Both the position numbers and the translations under genes were made by a program. The notes under the pieces were generated by a model. The model ran no database searches, had not been told where the DNA came from, and worked only from the letters and a program-made list of their open reading frames with translations. From assembly GCF_006345805.1 (NCBI RefSeq), contig NC_042998.1, forward strand, positions 84,506,001 through 84,570,000: DNA of 64,000 bases, given 5' to 3'. Shown piece after piece: positions 39,010-53,629 of this stretch. The DNA comes from Octopus sinensis (taxonomy: Eukaryota). Each line of letters starts with the position of its first letter. The first letter of the stretch is position 1.

Positions 39010-42000
39010 CTAATTAACAAGCATTAATGATTACATTAAGACTTCAGATAACATTGACCAGAGTTTCTTTTCATCTTAAGCATATAGCTGGTTGGCAGGC
39101 AGTTAGACAGGAAGTTATTATAGCTACTTGGTATACTTTCCTAGTATATATTACTTTACTGAGTGATCCTCTACAAAATTGAATGTAAAAAAAGTGCGAG
39201 GCATCAAGCAAGACAGCTTAAAGTAACTAGTCTGGCAATTAACAGAGTCAGACTCATTAATAACACCCATTTACTTTACAACAGTGTAATAGTATTTTAA
39301 TGTTTAAATCCAAAGTCAGTTTTGATCAAACAAAACTAATAAAAACATTTTCCCAGAGCATTTTCCAAAGACATACATTATCTATGGCAGTAATGATAAG
39401 ATCTGAGGGAAATTTGGCTACTATTTCCAATAATCCAAACAACTATATAGAGGCTTCCTTGAAGATATACTGGTGTAGTAAGTTTTTAGACTACAGGCCA
39501 AGTTTGTAGATTCTTTTCCAACAGGATTCCTTCTGTTTTCAGGTGAGACATTATTTGTTAAAAATTAACTGTAAAGAACAAGTGTTGTGGTTATAATTGT
39601 AATTGTGGCTGTTGAATATCTTGTTTAAGCAGACATATAGCATGGATCTATCTAACCAAGATAATCATTTGATTATATTTCTACCTGGACATCCATTGCT
39701 GTGTTATCTATTACCACAATTATAACAACCTTTGTTTCTTGAAACTATCTAACTTCATACACCCTCTCAGTCTCACCTATCTCTTCTATCATCACTATTG
39801 TATCCTATTTTCCAGACCCCTTTATAAATTAAGTAATTGGGCAGACACCCAAAGGCACACACTCATAGATATACTTAATATTTAATGCAAAAGAAGAAAA
39901 AATACAAAATTTGAAATGATGGTGTTTGAATAACAACATTCCAAGACAATCTAAGTAATTCCCAAATATGGGTTCTACCAGTTCCATGTTGGTTTGCAAT
40001 AAAATTTACAATATTCAGTAAAGAATTCTCTTAACCAAGTTAGCTGGCAATGATACAAACTTTTCATACTGGTATGCAAGTCAAAACTTGAGGCAAAGTG
40101 ATTACAGTGACAAGACAAGAATTAACATTCTTTTGATAATTTTCTGCTGGAAATAAAAATCTCTTTAGCTAAAATTTAAAATGAGGCATTTAAATGAAAA
40201 TCAGAGTAAATATATGTTGAAAACATTTAATAAAACTGAGACGATATTAGCAATTTTAGTAAACAGATCAACCAAATCTGGTATCATAATTCATTTTAAT
40301 ATCCATTTGTGTAGGAGCTGGACAGATTTTTCATAAAATGTTACAACCTTTCAGAAGATTTTTTGCAAGGCTCAACATCCTTAAATTTAGCAACCACTTT
40401 TCTTCAAGAAAAAAAAAGCCGTGCTCGTTGAATTGAGAGATCACAACTCTAATACTATGGACACATGGTAAGAATGTCTTAGTGAAGAGTCACTGGGCAG
40501 GTTTTATGGGCAAAACCAACAGGCAGGAGCCCCAAGAGTAAAACATGAGCAAGATGGTTGGATAGCATCCACGAGCTCAGTTGATCTTGCTTGGGTATCC
40601 AGCTGAATCCATTGGAGACAGCTGCTTCTGACAGGTGTGTTTAAGGACTGAGCTTCCATGATACTCCCAGGAATAAGTGGGCAAAGATGATGAGATGACC
40701 ACTTTTCTCAAGCCTCTTCTGCCATGGACACATCACACTCTCACTCCAGAACATTCTAAACCAGCAGTCAACATCTCTATCAATATCATCATCTCTCTTG
40801 TATATAACCTATTGATCTCCTAAACCCTCTTCTGCTCTACGTTTCAAGTAATTTAACATCACACATCCAAACATCATATGCAACTGGTTTCTTTCCAGCA
40901 TCTATAGGTGTTTTAGATGCCCATGTAGTCACAAGCAAACACTGACCCTCTCCAACTTTGACTCAACAGAATATCAAAGATGTCACAGCTGGAGGGAGAG
41001 AGAAGGCTGCACTAGCACTTAGCTGATACTTCTTTATTGATTCACATCCGCATGATTTGAATTCAGAGAACAGAGAGCTGAAACAAATATCAGAAAACAT
41101 TCTAATTCTCTAACAAGACTTTGCCTATTGAATGCCATATAATACAGAAATAATTATATATTAAAATATTAAAGTAGTGGACACAGGATTTCACAGCGCA
41201 GAATTTCTGTACCATCTGAATGTTTAATAACAAAATATCTTCTCAGGCTGAATGTAGCAAGGCATTAATAACATCACTTCACGTATATAGAAAAGTAATT
41301 AGTTGCTTTGTTATATATGTACAATACGAATTGCCAACAACTGGTAGATGAAAGAGTGACACGTGTTCCAAGTGGAATGTATCCATAGCAAAAGGAAGAT
41401 CAAGATAGACACGGAAATAAGAGATAACATCAAATATCAGATCATCAGGCTTCACAGACAAAATACAGGATCAGGAAAAGTAGCCATGTTTCAGATTTCA
41501 AATCCACTTGACACATGACAGCATAGGGTAAAGATATGAAAACAACAGAATGAAATACAAGTAATAATAAGGCATTTCTAAAACTCATTAGGTTATTAGA
41601 GCTTCAATTTATCTGTGTAGCACATGTTCAGATAAATTGTTATGGGTAATAAAAGAAAAATTTGTAACATGTCCGCTACAATCACACACCTAAAACCTAC
41701 TTCCCACTTACTTCTAGCATCCAGCTAGCAAGATCATTTATCTAAGCAAATTCTTCAACAGAACTGTAACAACAACTGAGGCAATATGACCTTTTTTGAT
41801 CTGCCACCAACAATAAAACGTCAAGCATGCCATCACTTTTTTAATTAGTGTACAGTTGGAGTGGGGGTTGCATACCACTAATTTCCTTTTGTGAATCATA
41901 AGCATCCATAAGACCAATGTTCAACTCCAGTTTTCATATCGCAAAGTGGAATGAGAAGCAAAGCCCTTTGAAGGAAGATCATTAGCCTGTAACAGACAAC

Positions 42001-42989
42001 ATTCCTACAAAACCCTGATATTTATTCTTCACAACTAAGACAACCAAGGAAATGTAGAATTAAATAGTCTGCTCTGAAATGTACTATATTTGCCAAGGAT
42101 TTTAACTAAAACCCTAAAACACAATCTTATACAGCTGTTTATTATCTTGGATAAGGCTCATGTTTTGAGAAATAAGCTTAGTGTTTTAAGCAGGTGATCA
42201 AAGAAAATATTTCACTCACACACACACACACACACACACACATTTACTAGAATAAATGTCGTGTGTGAGCGAATGTAAAATTATCTATTTCAAAGTAAAA
42301 TGTTCTTATAAAGAAAGGGATTTGAGATGTTGGCAACTGTAACCGGATACTAATACTTGAAAATACACAGCTGAAAATTAGAAAACTGTAAAGTACAGAT
42401 CACTTCCAGAAAATGTAGAAATAATCACTTTTTGAATCATACACAAGGATTCAATAATAACTAGCAAGTGGAATTTAAACACATTTTACCTTTACACACA
42501 TAAGTATGCATGTAAAAATATTCTCGGCCAGTAGCTTTAATTTTCTTCATGAAATAGAATCATCATTAATAGATTAATGAGAATTTAATGGATTTTGCGG
42601 ATGGGTGTATATACATATATCAAGAATGACTAGGCAATGAATACCTTTAAGGAGATTTGAGAGGGGAAACTTTAGGAAGCCTCCCACACATACATGCATA
42701 CACGTGTGTGTGTGTGTGTGTGTGTGTGTGCATTCGTAGCCAGAGTGAAGTGATGATGAAGATGATGTTCCTTGTTCACACCACCAGTAACTGAGTTTTC
42801 AAAGCCTTATCCCTCATTTGAAAACAGTTAAGGGGCATCTGGCTGTAAAGTTCTGCTTCATATAACTCCCAGTCCAAACTAATACCAACAAAGAAAAAAC
42901 AGAAATAGACATTAAACCAACATACAAATGACAGTATGTTTTTAACTCTTTAGAATTTAGATTACTGTTAAATGTAATGCTTATATATT

Positions 42990-43460
42990 TAGGAAAGAAT
43001 TCACAAAAAAACAAAAGACGAAGACAGGTGGTGTAGACAACAAACAGATGAACAAATGTATCAGTATAACGCTCGGGAAGTGAAAAAGTCTTTAACATTT
43101 TGAGCCTACGCTCTTCCACAGAAAGAAATAATGAGGGAAAATAAAGAATGTATAGTTGCTAGTGATCTATCATGGCGAATGCTGAACAGAAGAGTCACAC
43201 AGGAGAGCAAGGAAGAAGGGGAGATAATAAAGTAGCAGTGATCCCAAAACGAAGGTGTGCGTGCATGTGTATAAGAGAGTTTGTATGTGCATGTGGAAGA
43301 GGGCTGGTGATCTTGATGTGTGCGTGTGTGTATGTGTAGATGTGAAAATGTGTGTCTGGGAAGTGGTCAGTGCTGATGTGTGCGTGATGGTATTGTGATA
43401 TGATGTGTGGTGTTGTATGATGGTGTTGGGAGATGGGGGAGGCGAGAGTGGAAAAATCAC
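42990..43460 (-). mobile_element. probable Penelope-like 3' end remnant with a degenerate hammerhead-like motif
   Basis: Minus-strand TCTTTCTGTGGAAGAGCGTAGGCTCAAAATGTTAAAGA; a related decayed copy lies at about 15340-15480 (+). Confidence 0.4.
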
Positions 43461-44036
43461 CTTGTTTTGAATTAATCATGCTTAGGAGAATTATCAGCAG
43501 GTGTTTCAAAATCAATGATTTACAATTACATTTTTTTCAATAAAATCAGGTTTATGTACTGGTATTTTATTGCTTAATTGTGTCACTATAATATTTTAAA
43601 TGGTATCCTGAGAGCCATCGCTTCTGCTATCAAAATGCTCATCTTCAATGGGCAAGAATTCAGAAACATCTAAATCTGTTTCACCGAAAGACAAGTCACT
43701 GGTATTTTCTATTTTTTCCCTACATTTTGTATGTCATTAAGTATAAAATCTTCCAAGTCAGAATTGCTACATACTGAAGCCATATTGGTAATTACATAAA
43801 TACCAATCTCCACTTGAAATGTTGAAAAAAAAAATTTTTTAATGTGCTGTCAAAAATTTCGTAGTATTTAGCATTTTAGGCAGAAATGGCTTCCTCATGC
43901 ATTATCTCAAACCTTCCATACATCAATGATGTGACTGTTTATCTTTAGAATGACATTGTAGGGTAGGAGTGAGAGGTTTGAACATAAAACAGAATATTTG
44001 GGACAGATATGGTAAGTTTAAATGCTAAAGGATTAA

Positions 44037-44232
44037 ATAATCCTTTCTACTATAGGTACAAGGCCTGAAATTTTGTGGGGAGGGGATACTTGATTATATT
44101 GACCCCAGTGCTCAACTGGTACTTATTTTATTGACCCTGAAAGGATGAAAAGCTAAGCTGACCATGGCAGAATTTGAATTCAGAACATGAATACAGACAG
44201 ATTGCTGCTAAGCATTTTGTCTGGTGTGCTAA
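44037..44232 (-). mobile_element. SINE family B
   Basis: Collinear with the reverse complement of 6157-6380. Confidence 0.85.
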
Positions 44233-45563
44233 TAAGTTAGTGTTACATATGTAATGGAGTAAATTAGAAACTTTAACAGAAATTATTAAAGATACTTTAA
44301 TAGAAATTATTCAAGCAATTAATAAACAACAAGTCCCACAAAGGGTGTTTAAAATCTAAAATCGTAAAAAAAAAAAAAAAAATCAAACAGCAAATCACAT
44401 TTGTAAGATTAAGTTGTTAAAATATTTGGATAACACTGATATTGTAAATTGAGTGGATTTGAAATTCAAAGCTAATGGCAAAAGCAACAGGGCATATTCC
44501 AGTCCTATTCCCAGTTTCTGGCTATGGAAATTTAATAAAAGTGAATTATGTCTATTGTTTTCACTAATTGGCTTTAAAGATCAAATCCACTCCAATCTGG
44601 ATTTTCTATGTAGTCCAAAAATTTCAATCAACTGATCTTTCAGTTATCTTCCATACTTCGCCCCCCCCCACCACTTAAGATTTCAAACATTCCTAATTCA
44701 TAACAATATCAGTTGATTGAGGGCTTTAATATAACAACAGACTTTTTTTTTGTTTTTGAAAAAACTGTCAATGGTAATTTGATATCTGGTTGTAAAACAC
44801 CAAATATTAAACTGATACAGGACAAAATCATGATCCAAAAAACAAAAATAATTGTTTCTGAATTGATATAGTAAAGAAATAGTAGTATTTTTATAAAGAA
44901 CAAGCAATATTGTAACTATCAAAACAAAAGTAGACAGTTGATCTAAAACTATTTGCTTAATATGTTCAATGATTCTAATATTAGAAATGATTTAAGCAAT
45001 TGCTAATAATAACTGTCTGATATCTACAATAACAATGATTTTCTCGTTACAACAGCATTAATTTTCTATACTTTCAACTTTGTTTTTCTTCCTCTATGAT
45101 ATTTATGCTGTCTCCTAAACTGTCAATGCACCATGTTTAGAAAGAGAAAAGGAAGAATGTAAATTAATTTGACAAATTGCATAATTTAACTGAACAAGTA
45201 TGAATCATTATTGTCATCATAATCATCTAAAACACTGTGAGAGTTGGTAGGAACAATAGAGCACCATATTAAATACATTCAAAATTTAGGGTTGTCTCTA
45301 AGCATGTGGCTGTGTGGTTAAAAGAATTGTGTTTTGCAACCTTGTGGTTTCAAGTTCAATCCCACTAAGTGGCACTTTGATCGTGTGGAGAATAAAGAAA
45401 TTTTTTTTCCCTACTACTGTGGCTGTATGAAGTGCATTGCCACAGAACATTGTAAAATAACTTGAAAACTAACCCGTTTACTGCAAAAGTTCATAGTTAT
45501 TTCAGTAACGATGCTGAATGTCTACCAAAAAATAAAATTGGTATTTTATGCAAATCACATTAC

Positions 45564-45686
45564 TTCAGTAAATTTGACATATCTCAACATAAAATATTTT
45601 CAAACATGACATTCCACAACAAAAGATAGATTGGTATATAAAACAGCTTTCTGCAGTTAAAGGCAAGAACATTTTGAGTGGTATAC
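45564..45686 (-). pseudogene. exon-like segment with an in-frame stop (GIPLKMFLPLTAESCFIYQSIFCCGMSCLKIFYVEICQIY*)
   Basis: aaaacag|GT...A|gtaatg, 123 nt; phase 1-1 fits its neighbours but the last full codon is TGA. Confidence 0.3.
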
Positions 45687-46288
45687 CTGTTTTCCACAGT
45701 AAAAAGCTTAAGCTATGAAAAAAGATATATAGCAATACAACTAGTAATATACCTGCAACTTGTTCTGGAGCCATGACATGGGAGAATAAAAGTTACATAA
45801 CCCAGAATCCCAAAGCTGGTCGAGGAGGGAACAACCATTAGTGATTGGGAATAAGAAAATGTAATGAGTTACTTCTGATAGGACTTCATGGAGGAGGCAT
45901 CTAAAGACTATCCTAACAACCCTCTCGGGAATAGTGGGCAAAAAAGCTAGATGAAGTGAGATATGAGGGAGATCTGGCTGCTGTTTCTACTAGATTAAGT
46001 AGCTATGAAGAGACTTCTTAATAACATATAAAGGAGTCTTTCTTCATGTTAAGTGATTTTCATACAGTTGTGTGTAAAATGGTTTATGTAAATTCAGATA
46101 TTTGCATACTTTTAGATTTAGTATTTTTACAGCTGGATTCCCTGTTTACAGCTGACTACTTAATTCTGAGGTGATACAGGAGCTGTTACCAACCAAGCAA
46201 AATGCTTTCACAAGAAAACCCTCATAATTAATTTCTCACATTGTTAACTCATTTAAAAATGAGTGTTACAATAACTAACTACACACTT

Positions 46289-46513
46289 ACTCTTTTACTT
46301 GTTTCAGTCATTTGACTGTGACCATGCTGGGGCACCACCTTTAGTCAAACAAATCAGCCCTAGGACATTCTTCGTAAGTCTAATACTTATTCTGTCGGTC
46401 TCTTTTGCCAAACTGCTAAGTTACGGGGACGTAAACACTCCAACATCAGTTGTCACGTGATGGAGTGGGGAACTAACAGGCACGCACAAGTATACACACA
46501 CATACTATATATA

Positions 46514-46566
<53 letters not shown>

Positions 46567-46722
46567 GGGCTTCTTTCCGCTTCAATCAACCAAATCCACT
46601 CACAAGTCTTTGGTCAACCCAAGGCTATAGTAGAAGAAAATTGTCCAAGATGCCATGCAGTGGGACTGAACCCGGAACCATGTGGTTGGAAAGCAAGCTT
46701 CTTACTACACAGCCATGCCTGC
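46289..46722 (-). mobile_element. SINE family A, full length
   Basis: Collinear with 571-997, long (TA)n centre. Confidence 0.88.
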
Positions 46723-48950
46723 ACTTTTTTTTTATCATTATCAATCCTAAAAAAAAAAAACGAAGTGTAAAATCAACACTTGCAGGATTTCAACTCAGAA
46801 TGTGGAGAGGTGAAACTAAAAGCTCTTTTGCATTTAGGCACAGGCATGTATTGTTAAGAAATTTGCTTACCAACCCTGTGGTTAGGGGTTCAGTCCAACT
46901 ATATAGCACCTTGGGCAAGTGTTTTTGAAAGTAGCCCTAGGCCAATCAGCCTTGTGAGTGGATTCCATAGATGGAAAGTGAAAGAACCCATTGTATTTAT
47001 GTACATGTGTGCATGCAATTGCACAAGTGTACACATGCTATATGTGTATTTATACATGTACATATGTGTTTGCTTACATTTGCAATAAACCCAAGCTATA
47101 AGTTGTAATAGTTATTTTTCCTGTTAACACATCATCTGCTGGCTTTGTGCCTTTAAAGACATGTGAAATAAGAGATCCCTTACATGAAAAACAAGAAAGG
47201 GTTAATGACAGAAAGGGTATCTGCCTGTAAAACAATACCTTATGAATCCATTTGTCTAACCCATGCTAGCATGAAAAAAAAACAAGTAAAAACAAATGAA
47301 CAAATAAATGATCTATAATTTTTACCATTTGACTATTCTTATAAAGGTCACAACAAGAGTTTATATTTATAGGAAAAGGGAAATGAAATTTGGTTTTCAT
47401 TCTTTTCTCAGGGCATGTGGGTCAGAAGTGAAATGTTTACAATGATAACTGAAGATTTGGTTGCTGGGAGCAGAAATGATAAAAAAAAACCTCTCCTCGT
47501 TAAGACCATATAAATTTATAATATGCATTCAGTACGTACAGTGTTCAAAGGAAGTTGGACTCACCACATAAAATTTGCAGTTATATGTCACATGTAATCT
47601 TGGAAAACAATTGAATGGCTTTCTTTTTTTCTTTATATCTAATTATTTTATCTGAAAATAATTAGCTTCCAGTCTACCTAACCTATTTCAGAATGTGTTG
47701 TAACTCATAATATAACAAAGAGACATTGTGTTGGCTAATATTTTCCTCATTTTGTGGGTGGTTGGGTGGATAGATAGATAGATGGATAGATATAAAAAGA
47801 GAACAAGATAGATAGATAGATAGATAGATATTTTATTTTATTGTCAAAAAAATATTAGATTACAATAATAATGGGGTTTGGATTCAAAAGGTTATGATTT
47901 GGGTTATGAAAGAAGTCAAATTCTGAAAAGCAAAACTTGACAGCTGTTCAGAAAATACTGAAAAGTTTGAAATTAGACAACCAAAAGGTTACGTTCCTCA
48001 TCCTAACTGTCTTCTAGAACATTCCTGTCAAAACGTCTGTACAAATATTTGTAAGCATGGAGTGGGGCTGAATAAAGATGCACGTGCACACACCACATGC
48101 TCACACAATGTAATGATCAGGATTTGCAAGAAAGCTTTGTATAATTTAATGAAAAGGAATATTGTATTTGATGGATTAAAAAGAATGACAATAAGTAAGG
48201 CCTTTCATTACTATGTTTTTGCTAAAATACAAAGTCTTTCAATAAATTTTGGAAAAAATGAGTTTATTAAAATAACACATCTTTAAGCTGGTATTTGGAA
48301 CATATAGTAATCTTGAATATCAATGAAGATTTTAAGGTAATTTTAAAATAGAGAATTTGTTTTGTAGAACCAGGGATAATTTCAGGTAATTTGGTATCAT
48401 CATCATGTTCTATGTTGGCATGATCTGGACTATTTGACAGCATCCAAGGGACCCAAGGACTGCATCATGTTTCGTGTCTACTTTGACATGGTTTCTACAA
48501 CTGGATACCCTTCTTAATACAAACTAATTTACTGCTTGTAGTGGGTGCCTTTTCATGTCACCAGTACTAATGAAGTTACTATGCAGTTCGAAAGACTATG
48601 AACCCAAAGAGATGGGGTTAAAGCATGAAAAAAAAAAAAGGTCCAGAGCGGGTAAATAGTGGTGATGAGGTGTGTTGACTCTCTGGATATCAGGTGGGTG
48701 GAGAAAATAGAATATTAGTACAGTTTTATGTCCAAATACAATTTAGTAATTAAAATGTAAGCATTACTATGAAAGAGTTACAGGAGGATGACAGTTCAGG
48801 AAAAGATGTAAAAGAGATGTTAGTAAAAAGCTTTCTGCATGAAACATAAAAAGAATGAGAAAGACAGATGAATGAATTCAATGTGTCTGTTGGTCTTGTT
48901 ATACAGTCATCAAGTAAAAAGTAGAAGAGTTGTTTCAAGCTACCATTGAC

Positions 48951-49375
48951 CACACCATCTGAGCGTGATTGCTGCCAGAGCAGCTAACTGGCTTCTGTGC
49001 CGGTGGCATGTAAAAAGTACCATTCGAGCGTGATTGTTACCAGCGTCGCCTTACTGGCACTTGTGCTGGTGGCACGTGAAAAAACATTTGAGTGAGATCG
49101 TTGCCAGTACCACTGGACTGGCTTCTGTGCAGGTGGCACATAAAAACACCATTTGAGCGTGGCTGTTGCTAGTACCGCCTGACTGGCCCTCATGCCGGTG
49201 GCATGTAAAAACACCCACTACACTCTCAGAGTGGTTGGCATTGGGAAGGGCATCCAGCTGTAGAAGCTCTGCCAGATCAGATTGGAGCCTGGTGCAGCCA
49301 TCTGGTTTGCCAGTCCTCAGTCAAATCATCCAACCCATGCTAGCATGGAAAGCGGATGTTAAACAACGATGATGA
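48951..49375 (+). mobile_element. RTE-LINE 3' UTR with about 4 internal ~60-bp tandem units
   Basis: Repeated CCATTYGAGCGTG...GGTGGCAYGTAAAAA unit, then the shared tail and (GAT)n. Confidence 0.85.
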
Positions 49376-51016
49376 TTGGTCTTGTAAATTCATGATTAAC
49401 AGTGTCAACTGTATAAACATGTGACTAGATTAATTAAAAACACCATTGGATTGGTATTCTTTCAGTATATGTTTGATGGTGGGATTGTGAATTAGAATTT
49501 TGAAACCACACAAGCATTGCTAGGTACAGGTAAGGTCTATAGCACTTGTGGTTAAGCAGGTTGCTTTCCAACTATGTGGCCTTGAGTTCAGTCCCATTGC
49601 ATGGCAACTATGACTCCAAGCCAACCAAAGAATTGTGAGGGAATTGAAACTAAAAAAAAAGTAAAAATGGAAAAATGTTTTGTATGTATGCATTTGTACC
49701 CTTGTCTTAACCTGTGTGATAGTTGCAAATGAGCATCCTCATACAAGCAAGGTTGTTTGATTTTCAGTCTTCTGTGGAAAACATGTCTGACCATGAGAAA
49801 TATCTTGCTTGCAAACAGGTATTGGCAGGTGTCAGGAAGAGCATCCAGTCATAGAAAATCTGCCTCAACAAACACATGCATGTTTGAAAACATGAGCATT
49901 AAATGATGATGGACTGCTTATTTGCAATTAATAGTAATTAACCAAAATCACTAATAAGTTGTTTGGTGAATTTGTGGGGTTTTTTTTTTGTCTCTTCCAT
50001 CTGGCACAAACAAAAAGCCTTGAAACTATGCTAGACTGCACCTACAATACTCACACTTCATGCTATTTTGGATAGGTTCTGGAAAAAACACTACCAAAGA
50101 AAGATTGTACAAGAAGTATCAGACATCATTAGAGAAAGAATTTTCTTTGATGGGCATGTCTCAAAAAGTAAGAGAGTTGGTTAGTGAGACCTTATTTTGG
50201 ACAGCATGACAGTTGAAATCACATTAGCTGCTGTGCAACGAGATACATAGATCAGTTAAGAGAAAATGTTGGGTTTTAATCGAGAGGAAATATCACATCC
50301 TATGAAAAATAGAGAGGGGTGGAGGATCGGAGTTATGAGAATGTGAGCAAGCTCAAACCAATGATGACGGTGATAATGGTAATATTAAAGGAGTGAAGCA
50401 AAGATGATAAAAGGTGTAAGTGGTTCAATACAATCCACAAACATACATATATGCACACACACACACACGTATATGCACACATACACGTGTGTATGTACAC
50501 ACACATAAACACATTTTTCACCCTTCATCAGCAAAATACTTGCACATAGTGACTGAAGTTCAAGCCACAGACACTCTCTTGCCACCATCACCATCAGAAA
50601 TGCAGAGAAACAATTATTGTCTCAATGGAAACCTACAACTAATGTTGCTATTTTTTTTCACAAATAAATATCAATGCTGACAATAACAAAATATTCATGG
50701 TGGATGTTCATTCAGTCAATGTCACATTAAATGGAGTATAATTGGAATAAATTACTGCATTTAAACACTTTGGATCAAAAAGTAAACAAAATTGCTGCTT
50801 TGTTGAATATCAAAAATTAAATTTGCTTAACGTCATCTATGGTCTCCTTAATTGGTGTCTAGGAACAACAAAACCTCTCATTATATAACAGATTTAACAC
50901 TCATCTTTGTCATTCTTGTTGTATGGCCTTGGATTATAGACATTACTTCAGGGTAATTCTGTTATTCTAGAAGTCTTTCACACATTTACAGAATCTTCAG
51001 TATATTACTGATTGAC

Positions 51017-51117
51017 CATTTTTGGAATTTTCACATTTGACAAATTCATTTTTGTCAGCTAATAACTTTCCAGAAACAGATTGCACATGAATGGCCATGT
51101 GAATGAAACAAATCAAT
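51017..51117 (-). CDS. candidate internal exon (LICFIHMAIHVQSVSGKLLADKNEFVKCENSKN)
   Basis: ttttgccattcttgttgatag| acceptor, open frame; donor uncertain (G|gtcaat, or TCA|gtaata at 51009). Confidence 0.4.
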
Positions 51118-52009
51118 CTATCAACAAGAATGGCAAAAAAAATAAAACATAGGAAAAGTTCAAGTAGAATATAATCCAAAAAAACAAAAGGAAAAAAAAT
51201 TAATGAGGTAGAGAAATCTACCAGCAGAAATTAAAAGTATATTCTACTAGGCACCTAAGGAGGGAAGGTGGAGATAATAGGAAACACCCAAAGGTTATTC
51301 AACTCTGGTACTTATTTTTTAAAAGTTTGGTATGTATTCTATTAGTCTCTTTTGCAAAAGTGCTAGGATAGGGGAACAAACAAACCAATACTGGTTAGTT
51401 GTCAAGCTGTGGTTAGGGACAAACAACACACACATACACAAAGACACACACACAAAGATACACAAACACACACTAACACACATGTGCACAAAAACACACA
51501 GAATTGCACAAAGGCATACACAATTGCACAAAGACACACACACACATGTGCACACATACACACATGCCTGGAAATTGCAGCAAGAAATTGTTAAAAGGAA
51601 ATATTTTTGATCTGAATCGTTTTAAGTGAAAAAAAAAGAAAAAAAAGAAAAAGGAAAAATGAAGATCTTAATTGTTTAAGTTCATCGAGTCTCACAAATA
51701 TTTATCTGTTGATCCAAACAGTCAACATTCCCCATTTGCTGAATGTTTGGACAGTTACGAAATTCCATCAAATTGCAAATGAATTAATAAACATATAAAT
51801 ACATGATCAAACATTTTCCAAATAGCAAACAATTACTAATTAAACATAGGTTGGTGTGCAGGAGTTAGGAGTAAAAAAAATGAGCCAGTCCTTTCAATTA
51901 ATTTAATCTTGGGGTTTAATTATTTTTGTTTTTCTAATCACAGAAAATTAATTAAACCAACCCATTAAAGAGGGCCTTTGAGCAATACATTGTTGAGTAT
52001 ATTAAGTCA

Positions 52010-52217
52010 TTCTTTTATTTGTTTCAGTCATTTGACTGCGGCCATGCTGGAGCACCACCTTTAGTCGAGCAAATCAACCCCACGACTTATTCTTTGTAAG
52101 CCTAGTACTTATTCTATTGGTCTCTTTTGCTGAACCACGAGATTACAGGGACATAAACACACCAGCATCAGTTGTCAAGTGATGTTGGGGGAAGGGGGCG
52201 AACACAGACATGCACAC

Positions 52218-52285
<68 letters not shown>

Positions 52286-52428
52286 CAGGCTTCTTTCAGT
52301 TTCCGTCTACCAAATCCACTCACAAGGCTTTGGTTGGCGCGAGACACTTGCCCAAGGTGTCATGCAGTGGGACTGAACCCGGAACCATGTGGTTGGTAAA
52401 CAAGCTACTTACCACACAGCCACTCCTG
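52010..52428 (-). mobile_element. SINE family A, full length
   Basis: Collinear with 571-997, (CA)n centre. Confidence 0.9.
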
Positions 52429-52786
52429 CTTAAATTTATGCAGGAAAATGGAAAGATGAAATGACAACTGTGTGATTTCAAAAAAAACCATCTAAACACA
52501 AGGAGCAGATACTGTGATAGTGTGTGTATGTGTGGATGAATAGAAGACAGAGACAGACAGATAGGAAGACAGACAAACAAGTAGGCAGGCAGGCAAATAC
52601 CTGACATGGTGTGGGACAAGGTTGGTGCTACATTTGAAACAGAACTACCATGGCTTCCGTACAATTTTTGTCCATCAGTTTTCATTCATAAAGCTTAAAT
52701 TAACCCAAGATTATAGTAGAATACACTTACTCAAGGTGCCACACTATAAGGTTGATCATTAGCCTTCAAGACTGCAGAGTAAATTG

Positions 52787-53015
52787 TTTAACCCTTTCAT
52801 TACTGTATTTATTTTGAGATGCTCTATGTTTCATTCAATTATTTTAAATATAACAAAGAATTTAGTAAAATAACTTAGTTATCATTAAGCTAGTGTTAGG
52901 AACATAAATTGCGACTAAGGTTTGGTGGTATATTTTAATGCAAAACTTATGAAAACAAGACATTTGTACTACAGAGCCAGAGCTGGTTTTGGCCAGGTTG
53001 GTAATGAAAGTGTCA
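52787..53015. mobile_element. piggyBac-like MITE, uninterrupted
   Basis: TTAACCCTTTCATTAC ... GTAATGAAAGTGTCA inverted termini. Confidence 0.7.
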
Positions 53016-53448
53016 GTTACCCACCACACACTATAATTTTCCATTTTGTATAAAACCTACCCATTTTGTCATGCTATCACAGGTTAGACAAATATCTTAC
53101 TGAAGTATTTGTTTTACAGATGCTTTTCCTGATGCTAACCATTCCCTGGTTTCAAATAAAGGTTTTCTTATTCCACGTGCTTTCATATGCATGAAGCAAA
53201 AAAGGAGTTTTATTAACAGAAGTGTCAAGAAGAATGCCAGGCAAAGTAAGTGGAAAATGTACACAAGCACAGAGGCGCACACACAAACACACAGAGTTTC
53301 TTTCAGTTTTCAGCAATCAAATACACTCAGGTTTTGGCTGGCCCAGGGCTACAGAAGAAGACACTTGCCCAGTGTGCCACACAGTGAGGCTGAATCAAAA
53401 GGAAGGGAATTTCTTAACCACACAGACATACTATGATGAGACTTTATA

Positions 53449-53588
53449 GCATTTCAGTGATTAATAAAGAACTGAGCAGTGAATGTGTGTATGTATACAT
53501 CTTTTAAACAGCATTTCAGTGATTAATAAAGAACTGAGCAGTGAATGTGTGTGTGTGTGTGTGTATATATATACATCTTTTAAACAGA
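53449..53588. repeat. local tandem duplication, about 61-bp unit x2
   Basis: AGCATTTCAGTGATTAATAAAGAACTGAGCAGTGAATGTGTGT...ATACATCTTTTAAAC twice. Confidence 0.95.
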
Positions 53589-53629
53589 GAGGTTTTTATC
53601 AAACAAAAAATCAACTAAACTTAGGAGAA

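Noticed and set aside
50505-50535. Minus-strand CTGATGA..GAAA
   Set aside because: No stem II between the core boxes
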